A stretch of DNA of 36,456 nucleotides, from positions 1-36,456 of IMG/VR virus record IMGVR_UViG_3300020403_000036; one strand, given 5' to 3'. Under the pieces are notes generated by a model. The model was not told where the DNA came from. It did no database searches and saw nothing but the letters and a program-made list of their open reading frames with translations. Position numbers and translations under genes: made by a program. Below, piece after piece: positions 10,250 to 19,670 of the stretch; the stretch's first letter is position 1, and each line of letters begins with the position of its first letter. This DNA comes from a virus (taxonomy: Duplodnaviria > Caudoviricetes).

Positions 10250-12685
10250 TTATCTTGGCTCAAATTCTGCCAAGTCAAAGCCATCTAAACTATCCTCATT
10301 TGATTCAAAACTCATAGGAGGTAGATTGTTTTTACGCTGGTCTATTAGTTTAGATTGCTGTGTGTTTTGCTGACTAATTCTATCAGCTTTAGCCTTCTCT
10401 CTGTTGTTCTCTCTTTTCTGCAAAGAATTAGCCTCAATACCTTTGAGTTGCATGTTCATGTCAAACTCAAGTTGCATAAGCTGTGATTTAAGAGCAGCTT
10501 CATTCTTCATCTTTTCAATATCAAATGCAATCTCAGCTTGCTTAAGCTCCATCTTAGAACGCTTCTCAGCTTCAATCTTAGCCAGTGCGGCTTCTGCAGC
10601 CATAGCTTGTGATTGCTGATTTACTTGCGCTTGAGTCTGTTGTTGCATCATACTTTTCTGAATGTCGTTTTCTTCTTTCTTCTTTCTTTTTAATTTAAGA
10701 AGTTGATTAGCAACCTTCAGGTTCTTAACATCTCGAATATCAATTGCATCTTCCAGATGTATCTGGTCTCTTGACAGGGCGGTTTGTATATTCGCTTCTA
10801 ACTGAGCCTTTTCTTCTTCATCTGGAGAAAGCTCAATAAATATTCCAAAGTCGTACAGATATAAATCTTTAGTATCTTCAAGTGTGGCTACATTATACTT
10901 CCCTATCTGCATTGCAAACTCTTCCTTGAACTCAGAGTATTCCAATATATCTGATATTCTACAAGACAGACCTTCTGCAAGTGCCTTAGTTATTTGTAAG
11001 CTAGCATCTAATACATGTCTTGTTGCTGTATTCGAGTTTGCTGCTGCAAGTTTTTGTAAACCAACCAATGAATCTGGGTCAATCTTACTTCCATCTCTAG
11101 CCTCATTAAGCCCTGTTACATCACGCATCATGTTGAGATAGTGATTGTAACTACCAATTAAACTAGCAATCTTTGCTTGACCAGAGTTACTTGTAAGCTG
11201 CTGAATTGGAACTCTTGCGTTGTTAAACTCTCCATCTTGAGTATAGCTTCTTCCTACAACAGAACCTGTTTGAAAGTAAAGTCTTAATGCATCTTCTGGA
11301 TTATAGACTCCACCATTACCAAGGTCAACCTCACTAAGTCCATCGGCATCTATAAACACACCATCTGGAACTACCTTAGATATAACTTGCTGTAACTTTA
11401 AATGCGTAATCTGAATCAGGTCAGCAAATGTAATCATTCTTCTAACCAAAGATTCAATTACACCCTTGTACATTCTTGGAGCATTAACAATATATGGAGA
11501 CGAAACGTGCTGTGAAGCTGACTTTGGTCTAACCATATTCTTAGCCATCTCCCATTTAAGCATAATGTTTGTACCCATAACCATTACGCCTTCATACCAT
11601 ACTTCAATTTTCTTTTCAATTCTTTCGAAGTTTCCGTCAGCCATCATTTCTTCTGGAGGATTGAACGAATCATCTTTTTCAATCATACGCTGCCCACCAT
11701 TGTCAAGCATTTTCTTTTTGTAAACAAAGCTTTTGTCTGTTTTGTAGCTAAAGTAAAGTAGTGTGGCTGTGTCTCTATTAAACATAGAGTTTTCATAAAA
11801 CCTTGAAACATTGTAGTAATCGTACCAGCTCTGGCTGTATTTAGATATATTTTCTAAATCTTCGTTTGTTAATGTGGGGTCAATCTTTCTAAGCTCTGTT
11901 GTTGGAACAGTCTTTACTTCTCCCCAATAAAAACAATCTCTAAAGTTATTATCTTCAGTGTAACTATAAACTAAGTTAGCTGGGTCTACATAGTCAACCT
12001 TAACTCCAGCGCCAGGTAAAAAGCTATGTTTCGCAGCTCCTATACCTATAGTTGTCAAATCATAGTTTATTCTCTTTTTGATTTCATCATAATGATTTTC
12101 ACCAAGCACTGTGTTAATTGCTTGCTCCTGAGCTATCTCAATAGATGGCTTATACTTTAGCTGCATGTGCAGAGCTAACTCTTCATCACTTTCTGGAATG
12201 TCTTGTTGTGGTACAGCAAATGCATCTATACCAAAGCTTTCGTTCATTTGCTCCAAGAAATCTTTTGCAACCATATCGGTTTCAATCATGTCCTGATAGG
12301 CAATTCTTTTTTCTGCAGACATAGCGTCTTGTGCATATGTGTTGATAGAAAACAATCTATCAGACATTCCATTTACAACTATGTCTACAAACTTTGGTAT
12401 AATTGGTATCGGAGTCCAATCTAAGTTTAGATAAGACAAATCTCCGTCTACTGCTAATTCGTTTTTGTATTTTCCTACAGACTGCTCCCCTCGAGAATAT
12501 AATCTCAACCTGTGGAAATCATCTAATTGTCTGTAGAACTTACAGTCACCATTACCACGTCTGAACCATTCATATTGAATAGCTTGACCAACTTGGAGAC
12601 CGAACTCCATAGAAGCCTTCTCTGAGTCGCTAACAAATTGACCTGGAAACGATGCGCTATTAACTGATATGGTTACTTCCTTCAT
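10250..12685 (-). CDS. Portal protein, 811 aa
   Basis: Follows the terminase; PIIPKFVDIVVNG and TGLNEARDG motifs and a Gln-rich coiled-coil C-terminus like crAss/P22-type portals. Confidence 0.85.
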   Translation of the reverse strand: MKEVTISVNSASFPGQFVSDSEKASMEFGLQVGQAIQYEWFRRGNGDCKFYRQLDDFHRLRLYSRGEQSVGKYKNELAVDGDLSYLNLDWTPIPIIPKFVDIVVNGMSDRLFSINTYAQDAMSAEKRIAYQDMIETDMVAKDFLEQMNESFGIDAFAVPQQDIPESDEELALHMQLKYKPSIEIAQEQAINTVLGENHYDEIKKRINYDLTTIGIGAAKHSFLPGAGVKVDYVDPANLVYSYTEDNNFRDCFYWGEVKTVPTTELRKIDPTLTNEDLENISKYSQSWYDYYNVSRFYENSMFNRDTATLLYFSYKTDKSFVYKKKMLDNGGQRMIEKDDSFNPPEEMMADGNFERIEKKIEVWYEGVMVMGTNIMLKWEMAKNMVRPKSASQHVSSPYIVNAPRMYKGVIESLVRRMITFADLIQITHLKLQQVISKVVPDGVFIDADGLSEVDLGNGGVYNPEDALRLYFQTGSVVGRSYTQDGEFNNARVPIQQLTSNSGQAKIASLIGSYNHYLNMMRDVTGLNEARDGSKIDPDSLVGLQKLAAANSNTATRHVLDASLQITKALAEGLSCRISDILEYSEFKEEFAMQIGKYNVATLEDTKDLYLYDFGIFIELSPDEEEKAQLEANIQTALSRDQIHLEDAIDIRDVKNLKVANQLLKLKRKKKEENDIQKSMMQQQTQAQVNQQSQAMAAEAALAKIEAEKRSKMELKQAEIAFDIEKMKNEAALKSQLMQLEFDMNMQLKGIEANSLQKRENNREKAKADRISQQNTQQSKLIDQRKNNLPPMSFESNEDSLDGFDLAEFEPR

Positions 12686-14928
12686 GTTATTATTTCGCTG
12701 TAAATTCCCTTATTATTATATCTTGCAAATTTAATGTTTATTTTTGACTGTCTTTTCTGGGGGGTATATTTACTTCTCTGGTTAGCCATAATAGCTAAAC
12801 CTGAACTAATTGCTGCATCAAACTTTGTTCTATTTGTTATATCAAACTTGGCCCAATCTTCCAATGTTCTTGTAAAATACATAGCACCCATATCGCCAGC
12901 ATCCCTGTAATCACCATTAAAATCTATCCCAACATACTTTTCTATATAAGATTCAATAGCTGAGGCGTGAGCTTGCTTTACATCTTCAGATGAGTTGGGT
13001 ATACCTCCAATTTCTTTTTCTGCCTTAGAGAGCTTGTTAAACGCCTTATCTGGCCTGTTCATTGAAAATCCTCTATATCCTCTGTTCTTCATGTGATACA
13101 AAAGTCTTGGCTTATTATTCTCAACTAAAACAGGCATACCATAAAACACACAAGCCATAAGCACCTCTTCGAAAAATATCTCTGCTGTTTGCGGCCTTGC
13201 TATATACTCAAGAAAAAACTCATTACTTGGAGCTTCATCCATATTAAATTTAGTCAATCCATGTAAAGCTCCATTAGAACCCCTGCCAACAACTGTACCT
13301 GATATATCATAGGAGTCACAACCAAAAGAACCTATGTGTTCATTGCCAGGATACTTAGCTCCATTTTTAATAATAACTTTATTTTGTAAAGACTTGTTCG
13401 GTATCCAAGATAATAAAAATCTTCCCCTTGGGTCTGGAGTCCATATTACTTGAGAATCCTCAACCCCATCTTTCCAATGAAAAGAACCCTTGGTTAGATA
13501 CTTTTCTTTTATAATAGAATCATTATAGTCTACCTGTTGATATATTTTTGTTAGATTAAATATAGATGATTTGGTTTCATCTCTGAATGCATGCGACTCT
13601 GTTCTTGGAAACTGTCTATAAAATTCATTCAAAGCATCAGGGTCGTTCTTCAAACTATCAACCTCATTCTCCCAATATTCTACAGCCCCCTGGGGAATGT
13701 AATCACCGTAAGAATCCAACAGTGGTTTTTTTGGGGTATCCAAAACAGGCATGCCATATCTATCAATAAAACCTTCCATATTCCATTCCATGGGTATAAA
13801 CAAACTATACATTCCACTCTTTGTTTGTCCGTTAGAATTTCTTTTTGTTATGTCAGAATCATAGTACAACTTCTTAAAGTTATCACCACCTTTGTCCAAA
13901 GCATTTGAAGTAGACCCCATCATACATTTACCTATAATCCTTCTACCCAGTCTAAGACAGGTTTTTGTTACACGCCAGTTATTAAGAATATTATCTGGTT
14001 TGTCCCATTTACCACTTTCATCGTGAACAAGAAGCAAAAGCTTTTCACCATCATAAGAGTTATCTCCTGTATTCTTCCAGTCAATAGTTGTATCTAATCC
14101 TTCAAACACAATGTCAGACACCGAGTTCATGTTCTTCTTTGTAATCTTAGAAGCTGGAACACGGTATGCAAGCTCAGTCTTTGGTTTGTCCATACCATCC
14201 TGTATGGGCTTGAAAAAAAATGGATAGTTATTTGATATAGGCACTACCTTATCTGTAAACATTTTCTTTGCATCAGAACCTGTCTTTGATAATATCCCAA
14301 CCCTTGCATCTTTGGCAAGCGTTCCAGTATTTACGCATTCAGAGGAAGACATAAACGAAAATCCAGAACGACGTATCTTCAAATACACCATCCCAAAACT
14401 TCTTTGGTCTGCCTTACAAGCTTCCCAAAATATAAAAAACAATCTGTTTGCCTCACGAAACTCTGGGTTTCCAACATCTATTTTAGTCCACTGAAGATAC
14501 ATATAGTGAGTTCCCGTTATGTATGTTGGCTTTCCATTGTTCATAAACCAAAGCCCATCCTCTCTTCTGTTGAACTCTTCTTCTATATAATCAACCCACT
14601 TGTCCTTGAACTCCTGAGCAGACTCATGCCACTGGAATATACTTGGTATTCTTGAAAGCTCTTTGGGATACTCTTGAACTTCCCAGTATTGCTCAGAAGA
14701 ATCTTTGTGTCGTGAAAAAACTTTTCGTGGTTTTTTGGGTAGGGCTATATTCAGCCCACTGATAGATATTACAGAATCAATAGTTCCGTTTTTAGATATA
14801 ACAACCATATCATATTTATCGTCATATCCATACTTCCAGCTCTTAGCCCTATTCTTGTTTGAAATTACATTCTTAGGAACATGACCATGAAGCTCTTTAT
14901 ACAAATTATTTTGACCTTCTTTCTGCAA
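12682..14928 (-). CDS. terL: Terminase large subunit, 748 aa
   Basis: Walker A-like LKIRRSGFS, Walker B LLLVHDESGK, coupling motif MGST, nuclease motifs FGCDSYD and KFDAAISSGLA. Confidence 0.9.
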   Translation of the reverse strand: MQKEGQNNLYKELHGHVPKNVISNKNRAKSWKYGYDDKYDMVVISKNGTIDSVISISGLNIALPKKPRKVFSRHKDSSEQYWEVQEYPKELSRIPSIFQWHESAQEFKDKWVDYIEEEFNRREDGLWFMNNGKPTYITGTHYMYLQWTKIDVGNPEFREANRLFFIFWEACKADQRSFGMVYLKIRRSGFSFMSSSECVNTGTLAKDARVGILSKTGSDAKKMFTDKVVPISNNYPFFFKPIQDGMDKPKTELAYRVPASKITKKNMNSVSDIVFEGLDTTIDWKNTGDNSYDGEKLLLLVHDESGKWDKPDNILNNWRVTKTCLRLGRRIIGKCMMGSTSNALDKGGDNFKKLYYDSDITKRNSNGQTKSGMYSLFIPMEWNMEGFIDRYGMPVLDTPKKPLLDSYGDYIPQGAVEYWENEVDSLKNDPDALNEFYRQFPRTESHAFRDETKSSIFNLTKIYQQVDYNDSIIKEKYLTKGSFHWKDGVEDSQVIWTPDPRGRFLLSWIPNKSLQNKVIIKNGAKYPGNEHIGSFGCDSYDISGTVVGRGSNGALHGLTKFNMDEAPSNEFFLEYIARPQTAEIFFEEVLMACVFYGMPVLVENNKPRLLYHMKNRGYRGFSMNRPDKAFNKLSKAEKEIGGIPNSSEDVKQAHASAIESYIEKYVGIDFNGDYRDAGDMGAMYFTRTLEDWAKFDITNRTKFDAAISSGLAIMANQRSKYTPQKRQSKINIKFARYNNKGIYSEIIT

Positions 14929-15193
14929 ACCCCTGTAGTTTTTGTTCTGTTTTTTCTGTAGTTTTTCCAGCTAACATATTCTTCTCATTTTCTATTCTTG
15001 TTAAGATTTCAAATGCATCGAATATAGCTAGCTTCTTTGTAGCAGCTGCATTCTTTAATCTATCAGCAGCTAACTCTGGAGACAAATCATCTAGTCCCTT
15101 TTTAATAATATCTTCCTTAGCAACCTTAATCAGCTCCTTTACAGCTGACTCTCCAGCTTTTATAATATCTTCCTTTAACTTTCTAACTTCCAT
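14906..15193 (-). CDS. Small helical protein, candidate terminase small subunit, 95 aa
   Basis: Immediately upstream of and overlapping terL; role inferred from position only. Confidence 0.45.
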   Translation of the reverse strand: MEVRKLKEDIIKAGESAVKELIKVAKEDIIKKGLDDLSPELAADRLKNAAATKKLAIFDAFEILTRIENEKNMLAGKTTEKTEQKLQGFAERRSK

Positions 15194-15716
15194 CTACAAC
15201 AAGAGCTATATCATTAGACTTCATCCTATAAAGAACCTCGCCATCAACATCAAATTCATATTCGCTCTCTGGCGTAAAACATATTCTATCCCCAACATTC
15301 ACACCAGAATCCTCAAGAAATTTATTGCTGTATCTAATATAACCAATTAAATCTTCATCTGGTTTTACAAAACAAAAATCACCCAGAGTATGCCAACCAT
15401 CTTTGTTTTTATACATAAAGAATTGATTGCGCTCTAAGAAAAACGTTTTATCTTTTAAGAAACTAAATCCACTTCTTTCCTTCCCACTCATGTCATAGTA
15501 AACCTTGAATACATTGTGATGAACAAGAAGTGTATCTCCTTTTTCAATAGGTCCAGTGTATCCAGAGGGGCACTCTATAACTTTAGCGTAACGATTAGAT
15601 GCTTTGTGGTCTTCTTGGGAAGTACTTGTTATGAAATCTATATCTCCAATTTTTTTCACATTATCATACCGCCTGCCACCAACAGGTTCAACGATAAAAT
15701 AAAAAGGAGATTTCAT
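15183..15716 (-). CDS. Tandem GroES-like (co-chaperonin fold) protein, 177 aa
   Basis: Two GroES-like halves: FIVEP...AKVIECP...IEKGDTLLV and LGDFCFVKP...GVNVGDRICF...EFDVDGEVLYRMKSNDI. Confidence 0.6.
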   Translation of the reverse strand: MKSPFYFIVEPVGGRRYDNVKKIGDIDFITSTSQEDHKASNRYAKVIECPSGYTGPIEKGDTLLVHHNVFKVYYDMSGKERSGFSFLKDKTFFLERNQFFMYKNKDGWHTLGDFCFVKPDEDLIGYIRYSNKFLEDSGVNVGDRICFTPESEYEFDVDGEVLYRMKSNDIALVVDGS

Positions 15717-15940
15717 TCAAAGTTGATATTATATTCAATAGATATAGGCATGGTTTCATTGAACTCTTTCCAAAGAAACACTTCGTCTTGGCGTTCAATC
15801 CAAACCTTTATACTACCTGTATCTTTATCTTGTTGAATTAAATGTATCGAGTGGCTGTCATTAAGAATGTTTTGACCCACTATATAATGCATAGCACCCG
15901 ACTTATAGTCAGGCCCTATGGATATTTTTCTTATATCCAT
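15713..15940 (-). CDS. Hypothetical protein, 75 aa
   Basis: In-operon ORF with a 4-nt ATGA overlap. Confidence 0.7.
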   Translation of the reverse strand: MDIRKISIGPDYKSGAMHYIVGQNILNDSHSIHLIQQDKDTGSIKVWIERQDEVFLWKEFNETMPISIEYNINFE

Positions 15941-15956
15941 TTTATTTTATTTTAAT

Positions 15957-16568
15957 TTAGCCGAGCTTTGAAATCTCAAGACTGGCTGATGGTACATTTG
16001 CAAAAGAACTAGATGTAGTTATTTCTTTTAATCCACCATCGTCTTCTCCAGAGCTATCTCTTAGTACTTGAAACTTAAGAGTTGTAGAAGGTGCGGTTAT
16101 TGAAATCGTAAAAGTTTCATCATAAGGAATCAAAGTTTGGTTATCAGGAATTTGTATTCCTTTAACAAATCCAGATGCAGTATCATTCACTAATTTTCTT
16201 AAAAGAATAACAGCATCATTTGTATTTGTACTTCTTCCAAATCCTCCACAAAATTTTACAAAATACAAACCTGTTTGATTAAAAGTAACTGTTCCAGCTG
16301 CATCAATTTGAACAGCATCACTAGATGTTCCTTGAGCAGCACCAAACTCTACCTGCAATATTGTGTCCGTTGTAGATGGATTTTGACTGCTTGTAGAAGA
16401 TGCGCTCAATGAAGAACTAACAGACAATTCTCCTCCGATATATGTTTTAATATCTGAAAACAAAAATGTTTTTGTTGCACTAGCATCGCTTACATCTGTT
16501 CCAATAACAAAATCTCCATCCACTGGAGTTACTGCTGGATAATACGTTTGGTTACTTATCTTCGACAT
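15957..16568 (-). CDS. Ser/Thr-rich virion accessory protein with a possible C1q/TNF-like jelly-roll C-terminus, 203 aa
   Basis: D.VIGTD...TKTF N-terminal anchor-like motif; GTVTFNQTGLYFV resembles a C1q/BclA-like strand. Confidence 0.5.
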   Translation of the reverse strand: MSKISNQTYYPAVTPVDGDFVIGTDVSDASATKTFLFSDIKTYIGGELSVSSSLSASSTSSQNPSTTDTILQVEFGAAQGTSSDAVQIDAAGTVTFNQTGLYFVKFCGGFGRSTNTNDAVILLRKLVNDTASGFVKGIQIPDNQTLIPYDETFTISITAPSTTLKFQVLRDSSGEDDGGLKEITTSSSFANVPSASLEISKLG

Positions 16569-16788
16569 TTTCTTTTATTTCTCCTGTTTCTAGGTTAATT
16601 GTTACGTTATCTCCATACTTCTTTACAAGCTCAGCTTCTAATTCTTTGAACTCTGATTGAAGTGATGATATCTTGTGTAAGGCAACATGTTTTTGAAGCT
16701 CTGCATCTGCAACAGATGCTTTGAGAGACATAAACTCTTTATTAATTTCATTTACCTTTTCAAGTTCTTTTGTTTCTAATTTTTTCAT
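16552..16788 (-). CDS. Small coiled-coil protein, 78 aa
   Basis: Coiled-coil ending KYGDNVTINLETGEI; preceded by a promoter and A-rich leader. Confidence 0.7.
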   Translation of the reverse strand: MKKLETKELEKVNEINKEFMSLKASVADAELQKHVALHKISSLQSEFKELEAELVKKYGDNVTINLETGEIKENVEDK

Positions 16789-16803
16789 TTGATTAAATTT
16801 TTA

Positions 16804-16811
16804 CAAAGATA
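16804..16811 (-). promoter_or_regulatory. Bacteroidota -7 element (TATCTTTG)
   Basis: Minus strand reads TATCTTTGTAAAAATTTAATCAAATG into the ATG at 16788. Confidence 0.7.
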
Positions 16812-16822
16812 TACATTTTATT

Positions 16823-16948
16823 TTATCTACCCTGACCTCTATATTTTTGTTTGTATGATGACTGCCCTCTTGAAGCATTCTTAGAATGAACCCCTGGTCT
16901 TTTCTTTTTTTGAGAAATTCTAGGCCCATCAAACGTCGCTCTTGCCAT
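16823..16948 (-). CDS. Small basic protein ending YRGQGR, 41 aa (below ORF-track cutoff)
   Basis: Manual translation MARATFDGPRISQKKKRPGVHSKNASRGQSSYKQKYRGQGR; fills the gap and overlaps the holin stop. The KYRGQG ending is familiar from small aquatic-phage proteins. Confidence 0.7.
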   Translation of the reverse strand: MARATFDGPRISQKKKRPGVHSKNASRGQSSYKQKYRGQGR

Positions 16949-17330
16949 TCTTTTTATTTTTTTCCCATGTGCGCCCTACAAAATACGCTCCATAGACTGT
17001 GATTAATAATGATTGAAAAATTGGTATGTAGTCTTTTTGAACCTGGAAACCACCTATGTTTCCATCCGTAAACGCTAACAAAGTAAACATGGTTGTAAGA
17101 AACACCATGACAAGTGGCCGTATGTTCTTAGACAAAAAGCTATCGCTTTGCATGTCATACTTCCATCTTTCTGTAACTTGTGACTGAGCGTCATTATCTG
17201 CTTTCTCTAAAAGCTCCTGTATTTTATGTTTAGCATCTAGTCTTTCTTCTTCTGTTGTTGTTACCTTATCAATAACATCCCCAATATCTTTTACAAGACC
17301 GCCTGTTAAAAGTGAAATTAATTTCTTCAT
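16929..17330 (-). CDS. Holin (GTA/3TM-holin-like), 133 aa
   Basis: RW..DM.SDSFLSKNIRP motif, hydrophobic segments, YFVGRTWEK and a basic tail; adjacent to the endolysin. Confidence 0.8.
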   Translation of the reverse strand: MKKLISLLTGGLVKDIGDVIDKVTTTEEERLDAKHKIQELLEKADNDAQSQVTERWKYDMQSDSFLSKNIRPLVMVFLTTMFTLLAFTDGNIGGFQVQKDYIPIFQSLLITVYGAYFVGRTWEKNKKNGKSDV

Positions 17331-17788
17331 ATCACTCTGTATTTTGTTTTACCATCAATCCTTTCGGCTCTTAAGCATCTTCCTCTATTTCTGTCTGGCG
17401 AAACATAAGATACATGCACCCAGTCTGGGTTATCATCATCACCAAACTCCCATATCATTTGGTCAAAGTCTAAATGCTTTTTTATGTATTCAAACATTTC
17501 AGCGTTTGTTTTGTGACCATAGCTATCGTCAATATCAATTGCTCTACCCTGACAATGCTGGCTTGAAGAACTTCCGCCAACAGCCTTATTTAAATCTGGA
17601 ACTCTTAGAAAAGAATTTATTTTTATAGGACCTCTTGTCCATTTTCTTAATGGCTCAAAAATGTTTTCAGCCACAACTTGCATGTTTGTAAATTGATATG
17701 TATCTGGAATATTATCAATACCAAGTCTTAGAGCAGTAACAGAACGAGTACCCTCTTGATAGCTTATATGTTCGCTAATTCTTTCCAT
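17327..17788 (-). CDS. Endolysin, peptidase M15A family (Zn D-Ala-D-Ala peptidase fold), 153 aa
   Basis: INSFLR...LNKAVGG...SQHCQGRAIDI and WVHVSY zinc-binding motifs. Confidence 0.9.
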   Translation of the reverse strand: MERISEHISYQEGTRSVTALRLGIDNIPDTYQFTNMQVVAENIFEPLRKWTRGPIKINSFLRVPDLNKAVGGSSSSQHCQGRAIDIDDSYGHKTNAEMFEYIKKHLDFDQMIWEFGDDDNPDWVHVSYVSPDRNRGRCLRAERIDGKTKYRVI

Positions 17789-17827
17789 TTAGCAAAGTCC
17801 GCCGCAAAACAAACAAATCTCGCACAT
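17789..17827 (-). CDS. 12-aa Cys-rich micropeptide MCEICLFCGGLC
   Basis: ATG 2 nt after the upstream stop; its TAA directly abuts the endolysin ATG, so it fills the intergenic gap; CxxCxxCxxxC spacing. Confidence 0.55.
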   Translation of the reverse strand: MCEICLFCGGLC

Positions 17828-17829
17828 AA

Positions 17830-19044
17830 TTATAATCTTAAGTTTATTCCAAACCTAGTGTCATGTATTTCAGTGTCCCAAAATCTAGTATACTCACTCT
17901 CTATAAATACACCTAAACGATTTGTAATTTTCCATCCAAGGATTAATCCTGCTTGCCAATCTTCCCATTGCTCTCCCTCAAGTAAATCATTATGACCTCC
18001 TTTACCCCAAGAGTTTCTGTGAAGATAAGAAAAATCTTCGTTGCCTTTTACATACTTATGATGAGGGAGTATGTAGTTTGCGTAAGCATGAGTCCAAAAA
18101 TTATTGCTGTAATGATAAAAATCAAATCCAACTATAGGAGCTATTTCTCCAAAACTATCTAGTTCTGCCCACTTTTCCCTATTATATCTATTCATTAATC
18201 TACCAAAGATTCTATTTCTAAAATCTAAATCAGTATAAGCAACAGTTCTTCCTTGGTCATCAACCCAAACATAATCAAAAACCTGGGATGTTGTCCCATC
18301 TGCATTGTATATAGTTGACACATATGGCTTGTCTTGATATCCATACAAATATCCTAAAGTATACCATGGATTCACTGGAACTTCGACTTGCTGAACATCA
18401 TTAGGAGTGTCGTCATTAAAAACATCTATAATTTCAGTTTCATTTAACCATATTTCTATCGGATTATACCCATAAGGAGTTTGATGAGTACGATAAATAC
18501 CACCAGCTGATATGCTAAACTTTTTACCAATAGGCAATCGTAATCTTACCTCTGCCGATTGATATTCGAAACCCACGTTTCCCTGCTCTCTTTGCTCTAA
18601 CTTTACGATGTGGTATTTCCCTGTGTGTCTTAAAAAATATCTTGTGTTTACAAACTCTTCCCCTCTTTCTCTCTCTTGCTCATAGTGAAACAAATATTCA
18701 AATCCCTTTACTGCAGCAGTTGGTGCAGATAAAGCTTTGTTCATTTCAGTTCCATCGTAAAAGTTTGGTTTAACTTCGTAGTCAAATCGAGCTAGTTTTC
18801 TAATTCCGAATCCAACTCTGTAGTCATTTGGATAGTATTCGGTAACATCTATAACTTTCGGAATCCCATACAAATCTCCATCAGCAGGTTTATCTACAAA
18901 GTAATCTTTAGTAGTTTTTTCGTATGCGTTTGACACATTACCTGCTACATAAATAGATGAGTATTTGAAAAACTCATCATAAGCTTTTTTAAATATTTGC
19001 CCCTGTGCTACAAAGCACCATAGTAAAAGTATTAAGTATTTCAT
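17830..19044 (-). CDS. Secreted aromatic-rich protein, candidate outer-membrane beta-barrel, 404 aa
   Basis: Sec signal peptide MKYLILLLWCFVAQG, alternating beta-strand patterns (WQAGLILGWKI, LGVFIESEY) and terminal strand RFGINLRL. Confidence 0.6.
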   Translation of the reverse strand: MKYLILLLWCFVAQGQIFKKAYDEFFKYSSIYVAGNVSNAYEKTTKDYFVDKPADGDLYGIPKVIDVTEYYPNDYRVGFGIRKLARFDYEVKPNFYDGTEMNKALSAPTAAVKGFEYLFHYEQERERGEEFVNTRYFLRHTGKYHIVKLEQREQGNVGFEYQSAEVRLRLPIGKKFSISAGGIYRTHQTPYGYNPIEIWLNETEIIDVFNDDTPNDVQQVEVPVNPWYTLGYLYGYQDKPYVSTIYNADGTTSQVFDYVWVDDQGRTVAYTDLDFRNRIFGRLMNRYNREKWAELDSFGEIAPIVGFDFYHYSNNFWTHAYANYILPHHKYVKGNEDFSYLHRNSWGKGGHNDLLEGEQWEDWQAGLILGWKITNRLGVFIESEYTRFWDTEIHDTRFGINLRL

Positions 19045-19391
19045 TAAAATTTATTTTCTATTAATTTATCAATCTCCTTCTGTAGGTCCTCTAACTTACA
19101 CTTAAGTTTTAGTGTAATGTCAGCTTCCCATCTTTCAACCTCATTACCATTTTCAAATAGTATGATGGTGGGTAAATATACAATATTATTTTCTTCAAAA
19201 AAATCTTTGTGCTTTCCTATGTCGTAATTAAACACATTTACATCGTCTAATTTTTTGATATTTAAATTAGCTTCTTTCGTAAATTCAGCAGACGCTTGTA
19301 CAATACTTATCCCGTTCTCATGCTGGGCTTGCACAAAAACAAAACATAGAATAAATATGTATTTAACGAGCTTCATACAATCTGTCTTCAA
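19044..19391 (-). CDS. Secreted thioredoxin-fold protein lacking CxxC, ~110 aa
   Basis: Signal peptide MKLVKYIFILCFVFVQA; NIVYLPTIILFENGNEVERW matches the thioredoxin cis-Pro/beta-hairpin motif; no CxxC. Confidence 0.65.
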   Translation of the reverse strand: MKTDCMKLVKYIFILCFVFVQAQHENGISIVQASAEFTKEANLNIKKLDDVNVFNYDIGKHKDFFEENNIVYLPTIILFENGNEVERWEADITLKLKCKLEDLQKEIDKLIENKF

Positions 19392-19656
19392 TTTTATTTA
19401 AAGACTCTTTAATTTCTTGCACATCAACTTTAATCCCATCAACATCTTGTTGAGTAAGCATTATGGTTTTACGAACTAATTCATCTTTGTATTGAAACTC
19501 TTGCTGTGTGATAATTGGTTTTGGCTCCTGCATTGCTAAAGCTATATCTGCTTTCAGGGTAAAGTATACGGTCAACAAGGAACTTATGCCAAAACCTAAT
19601 GCGATTAACTCCTTAATGGTTAGTGAAAACTTCGAGCTTGGGGTTAAATCTGACAT
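19363..19656 (-). CDS. Single-TM protein with C-terminal coiled coil, 97 aa
   Basis: Hydrophobic LIALGFGISSLLTVYFTL, then heptad VDGIKVDVQEIKESLNKIEDRLY. Confidence 0.7.
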   Translation of the reverse strand: MSDLTPSSKFSLTIKELIALGFGISSLLTVYFTLKADIALAMQEPKPIITQQEFQYKDELVRKTIMLTQQDVDGIKVDVQEIKESLNKIEDRLYEAR

Positions 19657-19670
19657 AGTTATTTATTTTT

